From an uncultured Bacilli bacterium (GTDB lineage: Bacteria > Bacillota_I > Bacilli_A > RF39 > UBA660), in assembly GCA_947628435.1 (NCBI GenBank), contig CANQZW010000002.1:18079-82078 (forward strand): 64,000 bases of DNA, read 5' to 3'. Under the pieces are notes generated by a model. That model did no database searches. It saw nothing but the letters and a program-made list of their open reading frames with translations, and was not told where the DNA came from. Numbering within the stretch: the first letter of the stretch is position 1; the number at the start of each line of letters is the position of its first letter. Shown in pieces: positions 38,310 through 47,156 of this stretch. The position numbers and the translations under genes were made by a program.

Positions 38310-38687
38310 ATGGGAGAAGCAATATATTTTCCAACTAAAAAATCATATATTAGTAAATTAATTGACGCCCTTTTAGATATACGTCTTACGTTAAGTTTTG
38401 AAAAAATTAACAATGGTAATTTTATTAAAAGAGGAAAATTAAAAGAAATAATCGATAAAACTAAATCTGAATTTGAAGATTCAGTTGGTCGCGCTATCGA
38501 TGGTGTATTTGAAGAATATTTTGAACCAAAGAATGTAATTAAGCATCAATCAAATGAGTATGAAGGCCAATCAAACGAATATCAAGATCAATCAAACGAA
38601 AAAGGAATGTCTTACGTTAAAAGTGATGGTCATCATAAAAGTGAGGCTTATGAACCTAAAATAAGTAATGAAAACAAAGCTGCATAA
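38310..38687 (+). CDS. Hypothetical protein with a QSNEY heptad tandem repeat
   Basis: ATG 38310 behind GGTAGGAGGG. 125 aa with no recognised domain. Confidence 0.5.
   Translation: MGEAIYFPTKKSYISKLIDALLDIRLTLSFEKINNGNFIKRGKLKEIIDKTKSEFEDSVGRAIDGVFEEYFEPKNVIKHQSNEYEGQSNEYQDQSNEKGMSYVKSDGHHKSEAYEPKISNENKAA
38547..38609 (+). repeat. Three copies of a 21-nt in-frame tandem repeat (CAATCAAAYGAR...)
   Basis: Copies start at 38547, 38568 and 38589 and encode QSNEYEG / QSNEYQD / QSNEKGM. Confidence 0.8.
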
Positions 38688-38708
38688 AAGGTAGTAAGTA
38701 ATAATTTA

Positions 38709-38733
38709 GGATGTAGTAGTACATTCTTTTTTT
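38709..38733 (+). terminator. Rho-independent terminator
   Basis: GGATGTA gtag TACATTC (one G-U pair), followed by TTTTTTT. Confidence 0.6.
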
Positions 38734-38734
38734 A

Positions 38735-38741
38735 TTCGACA
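38735..38741. promoter_or_regulatory. Candidate 0A box (TTCGACA, complement of TGTCGAA) upstream of spo0A
   Basis: Perfect 7-mer about 32 nt upstream of a TATAAT at 38773-38778 and 67 nt upstream of the spo0A ATG. Confidence 0.4.
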
Positions 38742-38807
38742 ATGTTTGATAATTTAATTAAAAACAAGGACGTATAATAGCTAGTAGTTAACAAGGAGGA
38801 AAATAAT

Positions 38808-39593
38808 ATGAAAGAAGAAAAAGAAATAAGATTAATGGTTGTAGATGATAATGAAAGTTTAGTTGGGATGTTAAAAGATTACTTTGAGGATCACAAAAAA
38901 ATTAGCATTGTAAAAGAAGCTTATAATGGTCTTGATGCAGTTAAGGTTATAGAGGATAACAAAGATAATTTTGATGTTTTGCTTCTTGATTTGATAATGC
39001 CTAAAAAAGATGGAATATATGTTTTAGAAGAATTAAAGAAAAAAGGTATTAAAAAACCTGTTATTATTGGCACATCATTTAATGCTGATGAAACAATTTG
39101 TAGGGTATCTAAGTTTAATCCAAAACATTTTATATTAAAACCTTTTGACATGAACGATTTGGAAAATAAAATTCTTGATGCGGTTAATTTTGTTCCATCA
39201 AAAGATTCAAAAATAAATGTATATCATAATAATTTAGAAATTTCTGTAACTAAATTATTACATGGTCTTGGAGTACCATCACATATTAAGGGTTATCAAT
39301 ATATAAGAGAAGGCGTAATATTAATGTATGAAAAACCAGATATTGTTGGTGCCATAACAAAAGAATTATATCCAGAAATAGCTAATCGTTTTGATACAAC
39401 CGTATCACGAGTTGAAAGAGCTATTCGTCATGCTATTGAAGTTAGTTGGAACAGAGGTGATATTGATCTAATGGAAGAAATATTTGGACATAGCGTAGAT
39501 TATGATAGAGCAAAACCTACTAATAGTGAGTTTATAGTAACTGTTTCGGATAAATTAAGACTAGAATTTAATAATTCTATAAAAAATAGTTAA
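38808..39593 (+). CDS. spo0A: Sporulation master response regulator Spo0A
   Basis: Receiver domain VVDDN...LLLDLIMP...ILKPF. C-terminal Spo0A-specific domain GVPSHIKGYQYIREGV, ITKELYPEIA, TVSRVERAIRHAIEVSW, KPTNSEFI. Confidence 0.93.
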   Translation: MKEEKEIRLMVVDDNESLVGMLKDYFEDHKKISIVKEAYNGLDAVKVIEDNKDNFDVLLLDLIMPKKDGIYVLEELKKKGIKKPVIIGTSFNADETICRVSKFNPKHFILKPFDMNDLENKILDAVNFVPSKDSKINVYHNNLEISVTKLLHGLGVPSHIKGYQYIREGVILMYEKPDIVGAITKELYPEIANRFDTTVSRVERAIRHAIEVSWNRGDIDLMEEIFGHSVDYDRAKPTNSEFIVTVSDKLRLEFNNSIKNS

Positions 39594-39608
39594 AAAAAAT
39601 TATTTTAA

Positions 39609-39638
39609 AACTTATAATGACTAATTATAAGTTTTTTT
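39609..39638 (+). terminator. Rho-independent terminator after spo0A
   Basis: AACTTATAAT gacta ATTATAAGTT: perfect 10-bp stem, followed by TTTTT. Confidence 0.65.
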
Positions 39639-39718
39639 ATGTAAACCAATTAAAAAAATGCTTGTTTTTTAAGTATTTTTTTTATTTAATGCTATAATAA
39701 TATAAAGGAGGATAGGTT

Positions 39719-40390
39719 ATGGTTTTAAATAGTAATGAAAATATGTCTAAGTTTTTTTCAAAAATATATTTATGGATGTTTATTGGATTATTAATATCAG
39801 GAGGAATTGCTTATTATACTTCTGTTACACCAAGTATGATGAAATTTGTCTTTAATAATTATATTTTTATTATAATTTTAGAATTAGTAGTAGTAGTTAT
39901 ACTTAATGCTTTAAGGAAAAAAGTATCACCATTAGCAGCAAAGATATTATTTGTGTTGTATTCAGCAGTAAGTGGATTGACACTTACATCCGTATTTTTG
40001 GTTTTTAAAATAAAAAGTGTTGCGTTTGTATTTTTGGCTGCAGCTGTAATGTTTGCCTTATTGGCAATCTATGGTTATGTAACTAAAAATGATTTAACAT
40101 CATTTGGAAAAATATTACTTTTTGCACTTATTGCAATAATCATTATGTCACTTATAAATATTTTTATTGGAAATAACACATTTGATATTGTTATATCAAT
40201 AATATCAATAGTTGTATTCTTAGGTTTAACAGCATGGGATATGCAAGCATTAAAAACAATTTATAATTATTATTCACAAGATAGCAATGAGTTAAATAAA
40301 ATGGCAATATATGGTGCGCTAGACTTATATTTAGATTTCATTAACATATTTCTTAATTTGCTTAATTTATTTGGTGAAAGAAAGGATTAA
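39719..40390 (+). CDS. Bax inhibitor-1/YccA family membrane protein
   Basis: 223 aa, seven TM helices. FFSKIYLWMFIGLLISG N-terminus, C-terminal ...GALDLYLDFINIFL.LL. Confidence 0.8.
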   Translation: MVLNSNENMSKFFSKIYLWMFIGLLISGGIAYYTSVTPSMMKFVFNNYIFIIILELVVVVILNALRKKVSPLAAKILFVLYSAVSGLTLTSVFLVFKIKSVAFVFLAAAVMFALLAIYGYVTKNDLTSFGKILLFALIAIIIMSLINIFIGNNTFDIVISIISIVVFLGLTAWDMQALKTIYNYYSQDSNELNKMAIYGALDLYLDFINIFLNLLNLFGERKD

Positions 40391-40416
40391 AACAAAAGAT
40401 TAAAAGAGGTAAGACG

Positions 40417-42030
40417 ATGAAAAAAATATTAAAAGTAATAATTATTGCATTAGTTTTATTTATAGGAACTAATAAAGTAATGGCACAATCCCCAAAGGAT
40501 GATGGATATATAAAAGTTAATGTAAAGCAAAGTTCAGGCACAGAAGAAACTTATATATATAACAAGGGTGCTGTTAGTAGTATAAGTGGTATAAGTTATG
40601 ATAAAAGTACTAATACGTTAATGTTTAATAATTTTGTAAGTAAAGATTACACCTGGATAGAAATAAAAAATATGGGTGATTTAAACATTAATGTTATAGG
40701 TACGAATGTTATTACAACTGGAAAGATATCTACTGATGAAGGTGGAAATACTAAGTATGAAGGAAATACGAGTGATGAATCAATAAAAATAACAGGTAAT
40801 AATTCCACAACAATCTCTGGTGGTGGAAGTATTCAGTTTTCTGGTTATATAGGAGTATATAACGAAGATGGAACGTTATCAATAAATAATGTTAAATTAA
40901 GTAACGAAATTAATGGTAATTCATATTTGATATCAACAGAAGGAGACTTAAACATAAATAATTCTAGTTTAAATTTTAATTTTTATGATAGTTCTTATTC
41001 AACTGGCATTTTATCAGAAAGCAATATAACTATTAAAGATTCAAATATATCAGGAACAGCTGGTAATGGTATAATTGCTCAAGATGACTATGAAAATGGA
41101 AATATTAAAATAGAGGGTTCCACTATTGATTTAAATATCACATATTATGCTGCAGTAGGTATTGGTGCATCTAATTTAGATATTAAAAATAGCACTATAA
41201 AAATTAAAAATGGTGCAATACTTGCTGCAAATGATGTTGATATTGCAAGTAGTGATATAGATATAAAATATGAAAAAAATTTAGAAAACCAGATTTATGG
41301 TATAGTGTCATACAATAAACTAAACTTAATTAATAGTAACGCAAATATAGACCTTGGAAAAAGTACAGAAGGAGGCTGCGTTTATGGTCTTGATTTAACA
41401 ATAAATGGTGGAAAGTTAAATCTTAAAGCTATAAATGGATATGGTGTTTATCATAAAAATATGTTAATTAAAAAAGGAACTGTAAATATAACTGCACTTA
41501 ATGGAATTTATTCAGAAAATACGGAAAGTACTTTTACAATAGAAAATGGAAAATTAGTTATTAATGCACTTATGGGTATTACAACTGGGAACGCAAACTT
41601 TAATGGCGGATATACTATGATAGATACATCTAATAAAGATAAACTTTTTAATGAAGAAGCTATGAAAGCAACCGTTTTAGCAATGGGTAATGGAATAAAT
41701 GTTGGAAATAATATGGAAATATCTAATAATGGTAAGGTCTATAAATTAAGCTTAGATGAAGATTTTGCAATGTATTATATAAATGATGAAGAAGTTACCT
41801 ATGATGAGGAAACAACGTTTTCAAAACCATTAATTAATAACGTAATAATAAAAGATAAGAATTATAAGGAAGAAGAACAACAAATTAGTCAAAGTACTGG
41901 CAATAATAATGATGTTGAAAATCCTAAAACATCAGATATAAGTATAGTATTTATGATATTTATTTTCTTATCAGCGGTATTATGTTCAGTTAAAGGTATA
42001 AAAAGATTGAAAAAGATAACTAATAAATAA
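40417..42030 (+). CDS. Secreted parallel-beta-helix-like repeat protein with C-terminal sortase sorting signal (NPKTS)
   Basis: Signal peptide MKKILKVIIIALVLFIGTNKVMA. N/I/G-rich rungs of roughly 22-25 aa (e.g. ITIKDSNISGTAGNGII, IKIEGSTIDLNI, LDIKNSTIKIKNGAIL). C-terminus NPKTS plus a hydrophobic helix plus KGIKRLKK. Confidence 0.7.
   Translation: MKKILKVIIIALVLFIGTNKVMAQSPKDDGYIKVNVKQSSGTEETYIYNKGAVSSISGISYDKSTNTLMFNNFVSKDYTWIEIKNMGDLNINVIGTNVITTGKISTDEGGNTKYEGNTSDESIKITGNNSTTISGGGSIQFSGYIGVYNEDGTLSINNVKLSNEINGNSYLISTEGDLNINNSSLNFNFYDSSYSTGILSESNITIKDSNISGTAGNGIIAQDDYENGNIKIEGSTIDLNITYYAAVGIGASNLDIKNSTIKIKNGAILAANDVDIASSDIDIKYEKNLENQIYGIVSYNKLNLINSNANIDLGKSTEGGCVYGLDLTINGGKLNLKAINGYGVYHKNMLIKKGTVNITALNGIYSENTESTFTIENGKLVINALMGITTGNANFNGGYTMIDTSNKDKLFNEEAMKATVLAMGNGINVGNNMEISNNGKVYKLSLDEDFAMYYINDEEVTYDEETTFSKPLINNVIIKDKNYKEEEQQISQSTGNNNDVENPKTSDISIVFMIFIFLSAVLCSVKGIKRLKKITNK
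41920..42027 (+). other. Cell-wall sorting signal: NPKTS motif, TM helix, basic tail
   Basis: Codons at 41920-41934 encode NPKTS, followed by DISIVFMIFIFLSAVLCSV and KGIKRLKKITNK. Confidence 0.65.
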
Positions 42031-42033
42031 CAA

Positions 42034-42063
42034 ACGTGCTAAGTAATTAGCATGTTTTTTTTT
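42034..42063 (+). terminator. Rho-independent terminator
   Basis: ACGTGCTAA gtaa TTAGCATGT (one G-U pair), followed by a T-run of about 9. Confidence 0.7.
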
Positions 42064-42147
42064 ACAAAAAATTGTAAATAATGTAATAGATTTATTGATT
42101 AGGTTTTTATTTAGTGTATAATATATTTGAATAATAAGGAGGAATTT

Positions 42148-43305
42148 ATGTATAATGATAAAAATAATGAAATGAAAACATATTCCTCTTCGGAACTTGA
42201 ATTGTTAGATGCTATAAATAAAAGTTATTTAAATACAAATGATGTTAAGTGGTTAAAAAATAAAAAGTGGTTTAAAAGATACTTAAAGGTATATTTAAAA
42301 GAATTAATAAAAAAAGATTCTAATAATATTGCTAAAGAAAAAATTAAGACTGAATCTAAAGAAGATGGAATTGAATTTTTTGATTTTACGAAACGATTGA
42401 GAATACCTCCAGAAGAGGTAATGGAAATACTTCAATACACAAAAAATATTAATATAACTGATATTAATATGGTTAATTCTGCTACTAAAAGAGCTAAAAA
42501 AATAATAAAAATAGAAAAAGCAATATGGACTTTATTTACTTTATTAGCATTATTTACAGTGCTAATATTATCAGTCGTTATTGTTAATTGGTGTTTGGAA
42601 AATAAAAAAACAAATGATATATTAGATACGATACAACAAGCATCGGAATACAAAGAGGTAAAAACAACAAGTAATAAAAGTACAACCAGTTCAAATAAAG
42701 AATCAGATTTATATAAAAAATATGGTGCTATGAGTATTATTGATGTTAATTTTGATAATTTAAAAGAAATAAATAAAGATACCGTAGGATGGATAAAAGT
42801 AAATGGTACTAAAATAAATTATCCATTTGTTAAAACAGATAATAATGAATATTATTTAAAACATTCTTTTGATAAAACTAGCAATAAAAAAGGTTGGGTG
42901 TTTTTAGATTTTAGAAATGATATAGATAATTTGAGTAATAATAACATTTTGTATGCACATGGACTTGTTAATAATGAAATGTTTGGTTCTATGAGAAATG
43001 TTATAAAAAAAAGTTGGTATGAGGATAAGAAAAATCACATAATACAGATGTCTACTTTAACTAGCAATTTAACTTGGTTGGTATTTTCTAGTTATACGAC
43101 GTTACCAGAAAGTTATTATATAACTACTTATTTTCAAACTGATGATGAGTACGTTAAATTTTTAGAAACTATAAAATCTAGAAGTGTATATGATTATGGC
43201 GTTAGTTTAACTAGTAATGATAAAATTCTTACGTTATCATCTTGTTATGATAATAAAAAAAGAATGGTATTACATGCAAAATTAATAAAAAGCGAAAAAA
43301 AATAA
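42148..43305 (+). CDS. srtB: Class B sortase with extended cytoplasmic N-terminal region
   Basis: ATG 42148 behind AAGGAGG. TM helix WTLFTLLALFTVLILSVVIV at roughly residue 130. Catalytic domain TVGWIKVNGTKINYPFVKTDNNEYYLKH, ILYAHG, LTLSSCYD...RMVLHAKL (His/Cys/Arg). Confidence 0.85.
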   Translation: MYNDKNNEMKTYSSSELELLDAINKSYLNTNDVKWLKNKKWFKRYLKVYLKELIKKDSNNIAKEKIKTESKEDGIEFFDFTKRLRIPPEEVMEILQYTKNINITDINMVNSATKRAKKIIKIEKAIWTLFTLLALFTVLILSVVIVNWCLENKKTNDILDTIQQASEYKEVKTTSNKSTTSSNKESDLYKKYGAMSIIDVNFDNLKEINKDTVGWIKVNGTKINYPFVKTDNNEYYLKHSFDKTSNKKGWVFLDFRNDIDNLSNNNILYAHGLVNNEMFGSMRNVIKKSWYEDKKNHIIQMSTLTSNLTWLVFSSYTTLPESYYITTYFQTDDEYVKFLETIKSRSVYDYGVSLTSNDKILTLSSCYDNKKRMVLHAKLIKSEKK

Positions 43306-43378
43306 AAAACCAAAGCATATCAAATATGAGTACTGTTTAAAAAGCTTTATCATTAAAAAATAATTAATAAATAAAAAG

Positions 43379-43401
43379 ATGCTAAGAAATTAGCATTTTT
43401 T
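43379..43401 (+). terminator. Rho-independent terminator after srtB
   Basis: ATGCTAA gaaa TTAGCAT, followed by TTTTT. Confidence 0.65.
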
Positions 43402-43460
43402 AATATTTTTATAATAAATTTTATAAGAAGAAAAAAGTTTAAAAAACTTTTAAAAAACCC

Positions 43461-43489
43461 TTGAAATAAGGGGATTCTTCTGATATAAT
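43461..43489 (+). promoter_or_regulatory. SigA promoter of the S10 ribosomal operon
   Basis: TTGAAA (43461-43466), 17-bp spacer, TATAAT (43484-43489), preceded by an A/T-rich UP-like tract. Confidence 0.7.
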
Positions 43490-43629
43490 TGTTACTGCGT
43501 GTAGTTGCATAGATGTGCGAGGTTGCTGATACGCCCGGTTAAGTTGTTTTTATAGCATAATGGTTTATCAGGTAATTCGTTCGGAGCAAGTCTATACCAG
43601 ATATAGGCGAAGGGAGGACAATATTTAGT
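43490..43629 (+). ncRNA. S10-operon 5' leader (about 135 nt, GC-enriched; candidate r-protein autoregulatory leader)
   Basis: Markedly more G+C than its surroundings (GCGTGTAGTTGCATAGATGTGCGAGGTTGCTGATACGCCCGG...), with complementary segments GCGT/ACGC and CTGATA/TATCAG. Ends at the GGGAGGA Shine-Dalgarno. Confidence 0.35.
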
Positions 43630-43932
43630 ATGTCAAATAAGATTCGTATCAGATTGAAAGCGTATGATCATCGTTCTTTAGACTTAGCTGCTTCAAAAAT
43701 TGTTGAAACGGTTAAACGTACTGGAGGTAAGGTAAGTGGACCTGTACCACTACCAACTGAAATTCAAAAGTACACAATTTTAAGAGCGGTTCATAAATAT
43801 AAAGATTCACGTGAACAATTTGAAATGCGTACCCACAAAAGATTAATTGATATCATTGAACCAAGTAAGGATACGATAGATGCTTTACAACATCTTGATT
43901 TACCAAGCGGCGTAGATATCGAAATTAAATAA
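43630..43932 (+). CDS. rpsJ: 30S ribosomal protein S10
   Basis: [14 protein letters not shown]...SGPVPLPT...; first gene of the S10 operon. Confidence 0.97.
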   Translation: MSNKIRIRLKAYDHRSLDLAASKIVETVKRTGGKVSGPVPLPTEIQKYTILRAVHKYKDSREQFEMRTHKRLIDIIEPSKDTIDALQHLDLPSGVDIEIK

Positions 43933-43947
43933 TTATAGGAGGAAAAA

Positions 43948-44688
43948 ATGGAAAGAAAAGGAATCTTAGGTCGTAAGCTAGGAATGACTCAAGTTTTTTC
44001 TAAGGATGGTAAATTGATTCCTGTTACGGTAGTTGAGGTAGAACCAAACGTTGTAACTCAAATTAAGACTACGCAAACAGATGGATATGATGCTATCCAA
44101 TTAGGCTTTGATACTAAAAGAGAAAAACTAAGTAACAAAGCACAAATGGGTCATCTAGCAAAAGCTAATACTACACCTAAGCGCTTCTTAAAAGAGATTC
44201 GCGGTGTAGATGTTAGTAAGTATCAACTAGGTCAAGAACTTGATTGCAAAGTTTTTGAAGAAGGAGAAATGGTTGATGTTACAGGAATCTCTAAAGGTAA
44301 GGGTTTCCAAGGCGTAATCAAACGTTATAATCAATCAAGAGGTCCAATGGGACATGGTTCTCAATACCATAGAGGTGTTGGTTCTTTAGGAACTATGAGA
44401 CCAATGCGTGTGTTTAAGGGTAAGAAATTACCAGGACATATGGGATCTGTTACTGTTACTATGCAAAATCTAGAAATAGTATCAGTTATACCTGAGGAAA
44501 ACGTAATTTTAATAAAAGGAAACGTTCCAGGTGCTAAAAAGTCTTTAGTTATCATCAAGTCAGCTGTAAAAAAACCAAATGTTAAAAAGGAAAAAGTTGA
44601 ATTAGTTAGTTATGAAACTAATGAATCTGAGGTTTTAGAACAAACTGTGCCTGAGGAAAACGAAACATCACAAGATAATAACGAATAA
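43948..44688 (+). CDS. rplC: 50S ribosomal protein L3 (with acidic C-terminal extension)
   Basis: [13 protein letters not shown]..., [10 protein letters not shown]. About 35 extra C-terminal residues ([24 protein letters not shown]). Confidence 0.95.
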   Translation: MERKGILGRKLGMTQVFSKDGKLIPVTVVEVEPNVVTQIKTTQTDGYDAIQLGFDTKREKLSNKAQMGHLAKANTTPKRFLKEIRGVDVSKYQLGQELDCKVFEEGEMVDVTGISKGKGFQGVIKRYNQSRGPMGHGSQYHRGVGSLGTMRPMRVFKGKKLPGHMGSVTVTMQNLEIVSVIPEENVILIKGNVPGAKKSLVIIKSAVKKPNVKKEKVELVSYETNESEVLEQTVPEENETSQDNNE

Positions 44689-44749
44689 TATTTATTAAGA
44701 TGTTTAAGAAAATTAAAGATTTATACTTGTGATGAAAGGAGGAACTAAA

Positions 44750-45376
44750 ATGCCAAAGACAGCACTTTTAAGTTTAAAAGGTGAAAAAATTAAGGACGTA
44801 AAATTAGACGACAATATTTGGGGAATCACTCCAAATGATCAAGTTGTTTATGAACATATAAATTTAGCAATGGCAAACAAAAGACAAGGTAGCCATGCTG
44901 TTAAAAATCGTAGTGAGGTTTCTGGTGGTGGAAGAAAACCATGGAGACAAAAAGGAACTGGTAATGCAAGACAAGGTTCTATAAGAGCACCTCACTTTGT
45001 TGGTGGTGGAGTTGTATTTGGACCAAATCCAAATAGAAACTACACGAAAAAGATGAATAAAAAGGAACGTCGTTTAGCTCTTAAATCTGCTTTAACTTAT
45101 AAAGCTAACGATAAGGAAGTAGTTTTAATTGAAAATTTTGAAATAAAGACTAATAAAACACGTGACATGTTAAAATTATTAAGTGATTTGAAACTTGAAG
45201 GTAACTTATTAATTGTAGCTACTGAACTTTCAGAAAATGCAATATTAGCTACTAGAAATATAGCTAGTATAAAACTAATTTTAGCAAATGAATTAAATAC
45301 TTATGATGTTTTATCATGTGATAAATTAGTTATTACTAATGATACGTTAAAATATGTTGAGGAGGTGCTTAAATAA
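44750..45376 (+). CDS. rplD: 50S ribosomal protein L4
   Basis: ATG 44750 behind AAGGAGG. GGGRKPWRQKGTGNARQGS. Confidence 0.95.
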   Translation: MPKTALLSLKGEKIKDVKLDDNIWGITPNDQVVYEHINLAMANKRQGSHAVKNRSEVSGGGRKPWRQKGTGNARQGSIRAPHFVGGGVVFGPNPNRNYTKKMNKKERRLALKSALTYKANDKEVVLIENFEIKTNKTRDMLKLLSDLKLEGNLLIVATELSENAILATRNIASIKLILANELNTYDVLSCDKLVITNDTLKYVEEVLK

Positions 45377-45648
45377 TGAAAGAGATAATTAAGGCACCAA
45401 TTATAACTGAAAAATCAGCTAATATAACTGCTGATGGAAAAAAAGTAGTGTTAAAAGTATCTAAGGATGCTAATAAAGTTCAAATAAGACAAGCTGTTGA
45501 AAAAGCTTTTGATGTAAAAGTAACAAGCGTTAACACTGTAAACGTTCGTGCAAAAAAGAAAAGAGTAGGACGCTACGAAGGTAAAACTAAAGCTTACAAA
45601 AAAGCAATTGTAACTTTAGCAGAAGGTAGCAAACTTGATTTAAGCTAA
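45376..45648 (+). CDS. rplW: 50S ribosomal protein L23
   Basis: IIKAPIITEKS...; correct operon position. Confidence 0.95.
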   Translation: MKEIIKAPIITEKSANITADGKKVVLKVSKDANKVQIRQAVEKAFDVKVTSVNTVNVRAKKKRVGRYEGKTKAYKKAIVTLAEGSKLDLS

Positions 45649-45663
45649 TAAGGAGGAATTATA

Positions 45664-46491
45664 ATGCCAGTTAAAAAGTTTAAACCAACTACAAATGCTA
45701 GAAGACAAATGAGTACTTTGGTTAACGATGAAATAACTAAAAATACTCCTGAAAAAAGCTTAGTAGTTAATAAGAAAAAAACTGATGGACGTAATAACTT
45801 AGGTCGTATTACTGTAAGGCATCGTGGCGGCGGAGAAAAAAGAAAATATCGTATAATTGATTTTAAAAGAAATAAAAACGATATAACTGCTAAAGTTGCA
45901 GCCGTTGAGTATGATCCAAACAGAAGTGCTAACATTGCACTTGTAAATTATAAAGATGGTGAAAAGCGTTACATCATTGCTCCAAAAGGATTGAAAGTTG
46001 GAGATATAATTGTTAGCGGTCAAAACGTAGATGTTAAAGTTGGTAATGCAATGCCAATTATGAACATACCAGTTGGTACTGTTATTCATAATATAGAATT
46101 AAGACCAGGAAAAGGTGCACAACTTGCTCGTAGTGCTGGTTCTAGTGCTCAAATTCTTGGACGTGAAGAAAAATATGTATTGATAAGATTAAAAAGTGGT
46201 GAAACAAGAAAGATACTTGGAACTTGCATGGCTACAATAGGAGAAGTTGGAAATGAAGACTATGCATTAGTTAATTTAGGTAAAGCAGGACGTACTCGTC
46301 ACATGGGTATTAGGCCAACGGTACGTGGTTCTGTTATGAATCCTAACGATCACCCACATGGTGGTGGTGAAGGTCGTGCACCAGTAGGACGTAAGCAACC
46401 AATGACACCTTGGGGTAAACCTGCACTTGGTATGAAGACACGTAATAATAAAAAAGCTTCTACTAAGTTAATCGTAAGCCGCAAGAAATAA
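45664..46491 (+). CDS. rplB: 50S ribosomal protein L2
   Basis: [25 protein letters not shown]. Confidence 0.97.
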   Translation: MPVKKFKPTTNARRQMSTLVNDEITKNTPEKSLVVNKKKTDGRNNLGRITVRHRGGGEKRKYRIIDFKRNKNDITAKVAAVEYDPNRSANIALVNYKDGEKRYIIAPKGLKVGDIIVSGQNVDVKVGNAMPIMNIPVGTVIHNIELRPGKGAQLARSAGSSAQILGREEKYVLIRLKSGETRKILGTCMATIGEVGNEDYALVNLGKAGRTRHMGIRPTVRGSVMNPNDHPHGGGEGRAPVGRKQPMTPWGKPALGMKTRNNKKASTKLIVSRKK

Positions 46492-46511
46492 AAGAAAGGA
46501 AAGAAATAAAA

Positions 46512-46784
46512 ATGGCAAGAAGCATAAAAAAAGGACCTTATGTTTTTCCTAGATTACTAGATAAGGTTAAAAAGTTAAATAAAGAGGGTAAAAAAGAAGT
46601 AATTAAAACTTGGTCACGCCGTTCAACAATATTTCCAGATTTTATAGGACACACTTTTGCGGTTCATAACGGTAAAGAATTCATTCCAGTTTATGTAACT
46701 GAAGATATGGTTGGTCATAAATTAGGAGAATTTTCACTTACTCGTAAATGTGGTGGACACGGCGAAAATAAAGATAAAAAGTAA
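46512..46784 (+). CDS. rpsS: 30S ribosomal protein S19
   Basis: [11 protein letters not shown]...TWSRRSTI.P...G..F.VHNG. Confidence 0.97.
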   Translation: MARSIKKGPYVFPRLLDKVKKLNKEGKKEVIKTWSRRSTIFPDFIGHTFAVHNGKEFIPVYVTEDMVGHKLGEFSLTRKCGGHGENKDKK

Positions 46785-46806
46785 TAACTAGAAGGGAGAT
46801 AATAAT

Positions 46807-47139
46807 ATGGAAGCGAAAGCAATTGCGAAAACAGTTCGTATTTCCGCTTTAAAATCTCGTTTAGTTATGAGGTTAATAAACGGAAAAAGTGTAAGCGAAG
46901 CCATGGCTATTTTGAATAACATGAATAGTAAAGCTGCACGTATTATTAAAAAAGTTTTAATATCAGCAGTAGCTAATGCTGAAAATAATCATAATCTTGA
47001 TAAAGATAAGCTATATGTAAAAGAAGCTTATGTTAATGATGGTCCTGTACTTAAAAGATCAGTACCAGATTCAAGAGGAAGAATTGCAAAGAATGATCAC
47101 CGTACAAGTCACGTAACAGTGATTGTTGCACAAAGATAA
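46807..47139 (+). CDS. rplV: 50S ribosomal protein L22
   Basis: AKAIAKTVRIS..K.RLV...; operon order. Confidence 0.95.
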   Translation: MEAKAIAKTVRISALKSRLVMRLINGKSVSEAMAILNNMNSKAARIIKKVLISAVANAENNHNLDKDKLYVKEAYVNDGPVLKRSVPDSRGRIAKNDHRTSHVTVIVAQR

Positions 47140-47156
47140 TATAAGGAGGAAAACTA

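Noticed and set aside
42036-42054. GTGCTAA...TTAGCA arms reminiscent of CIRCE (HrcA operator) half-sites
   Set aside because: The arms are in the wrong order and have a 4-nt rather than 9-nt spacer. The hairpin is followed by a T-run at a gene end, so it is a terminator.
45645-46089. Two 96-aa minus-strand ORFs (45645-45935 and 45799-46089) inside rplB
   Set aside because: Both are antisense to ribosomal protein L2 and are shadow ORFs. The same reasoning applies to 274-468, 3022-3369, 3366-3572, 7139-7372, 9068-9268, 9766-10011, 14318-14500, 15233-15463, 15980-16198, 20934-21158, 22430-22627, 24760-25104, 25456-25716, 28013-28240, 31001-31204, 38921-39151, 42432-42653, 44361-44558, 49866-50087, 50379-50615, 51122-51313, 52444-52752, 60089-60283 and 60517-60738. 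It also applies to the + strand shadows 29615-29875 and 62220-62477, which lie opposite clpP and DUF378.
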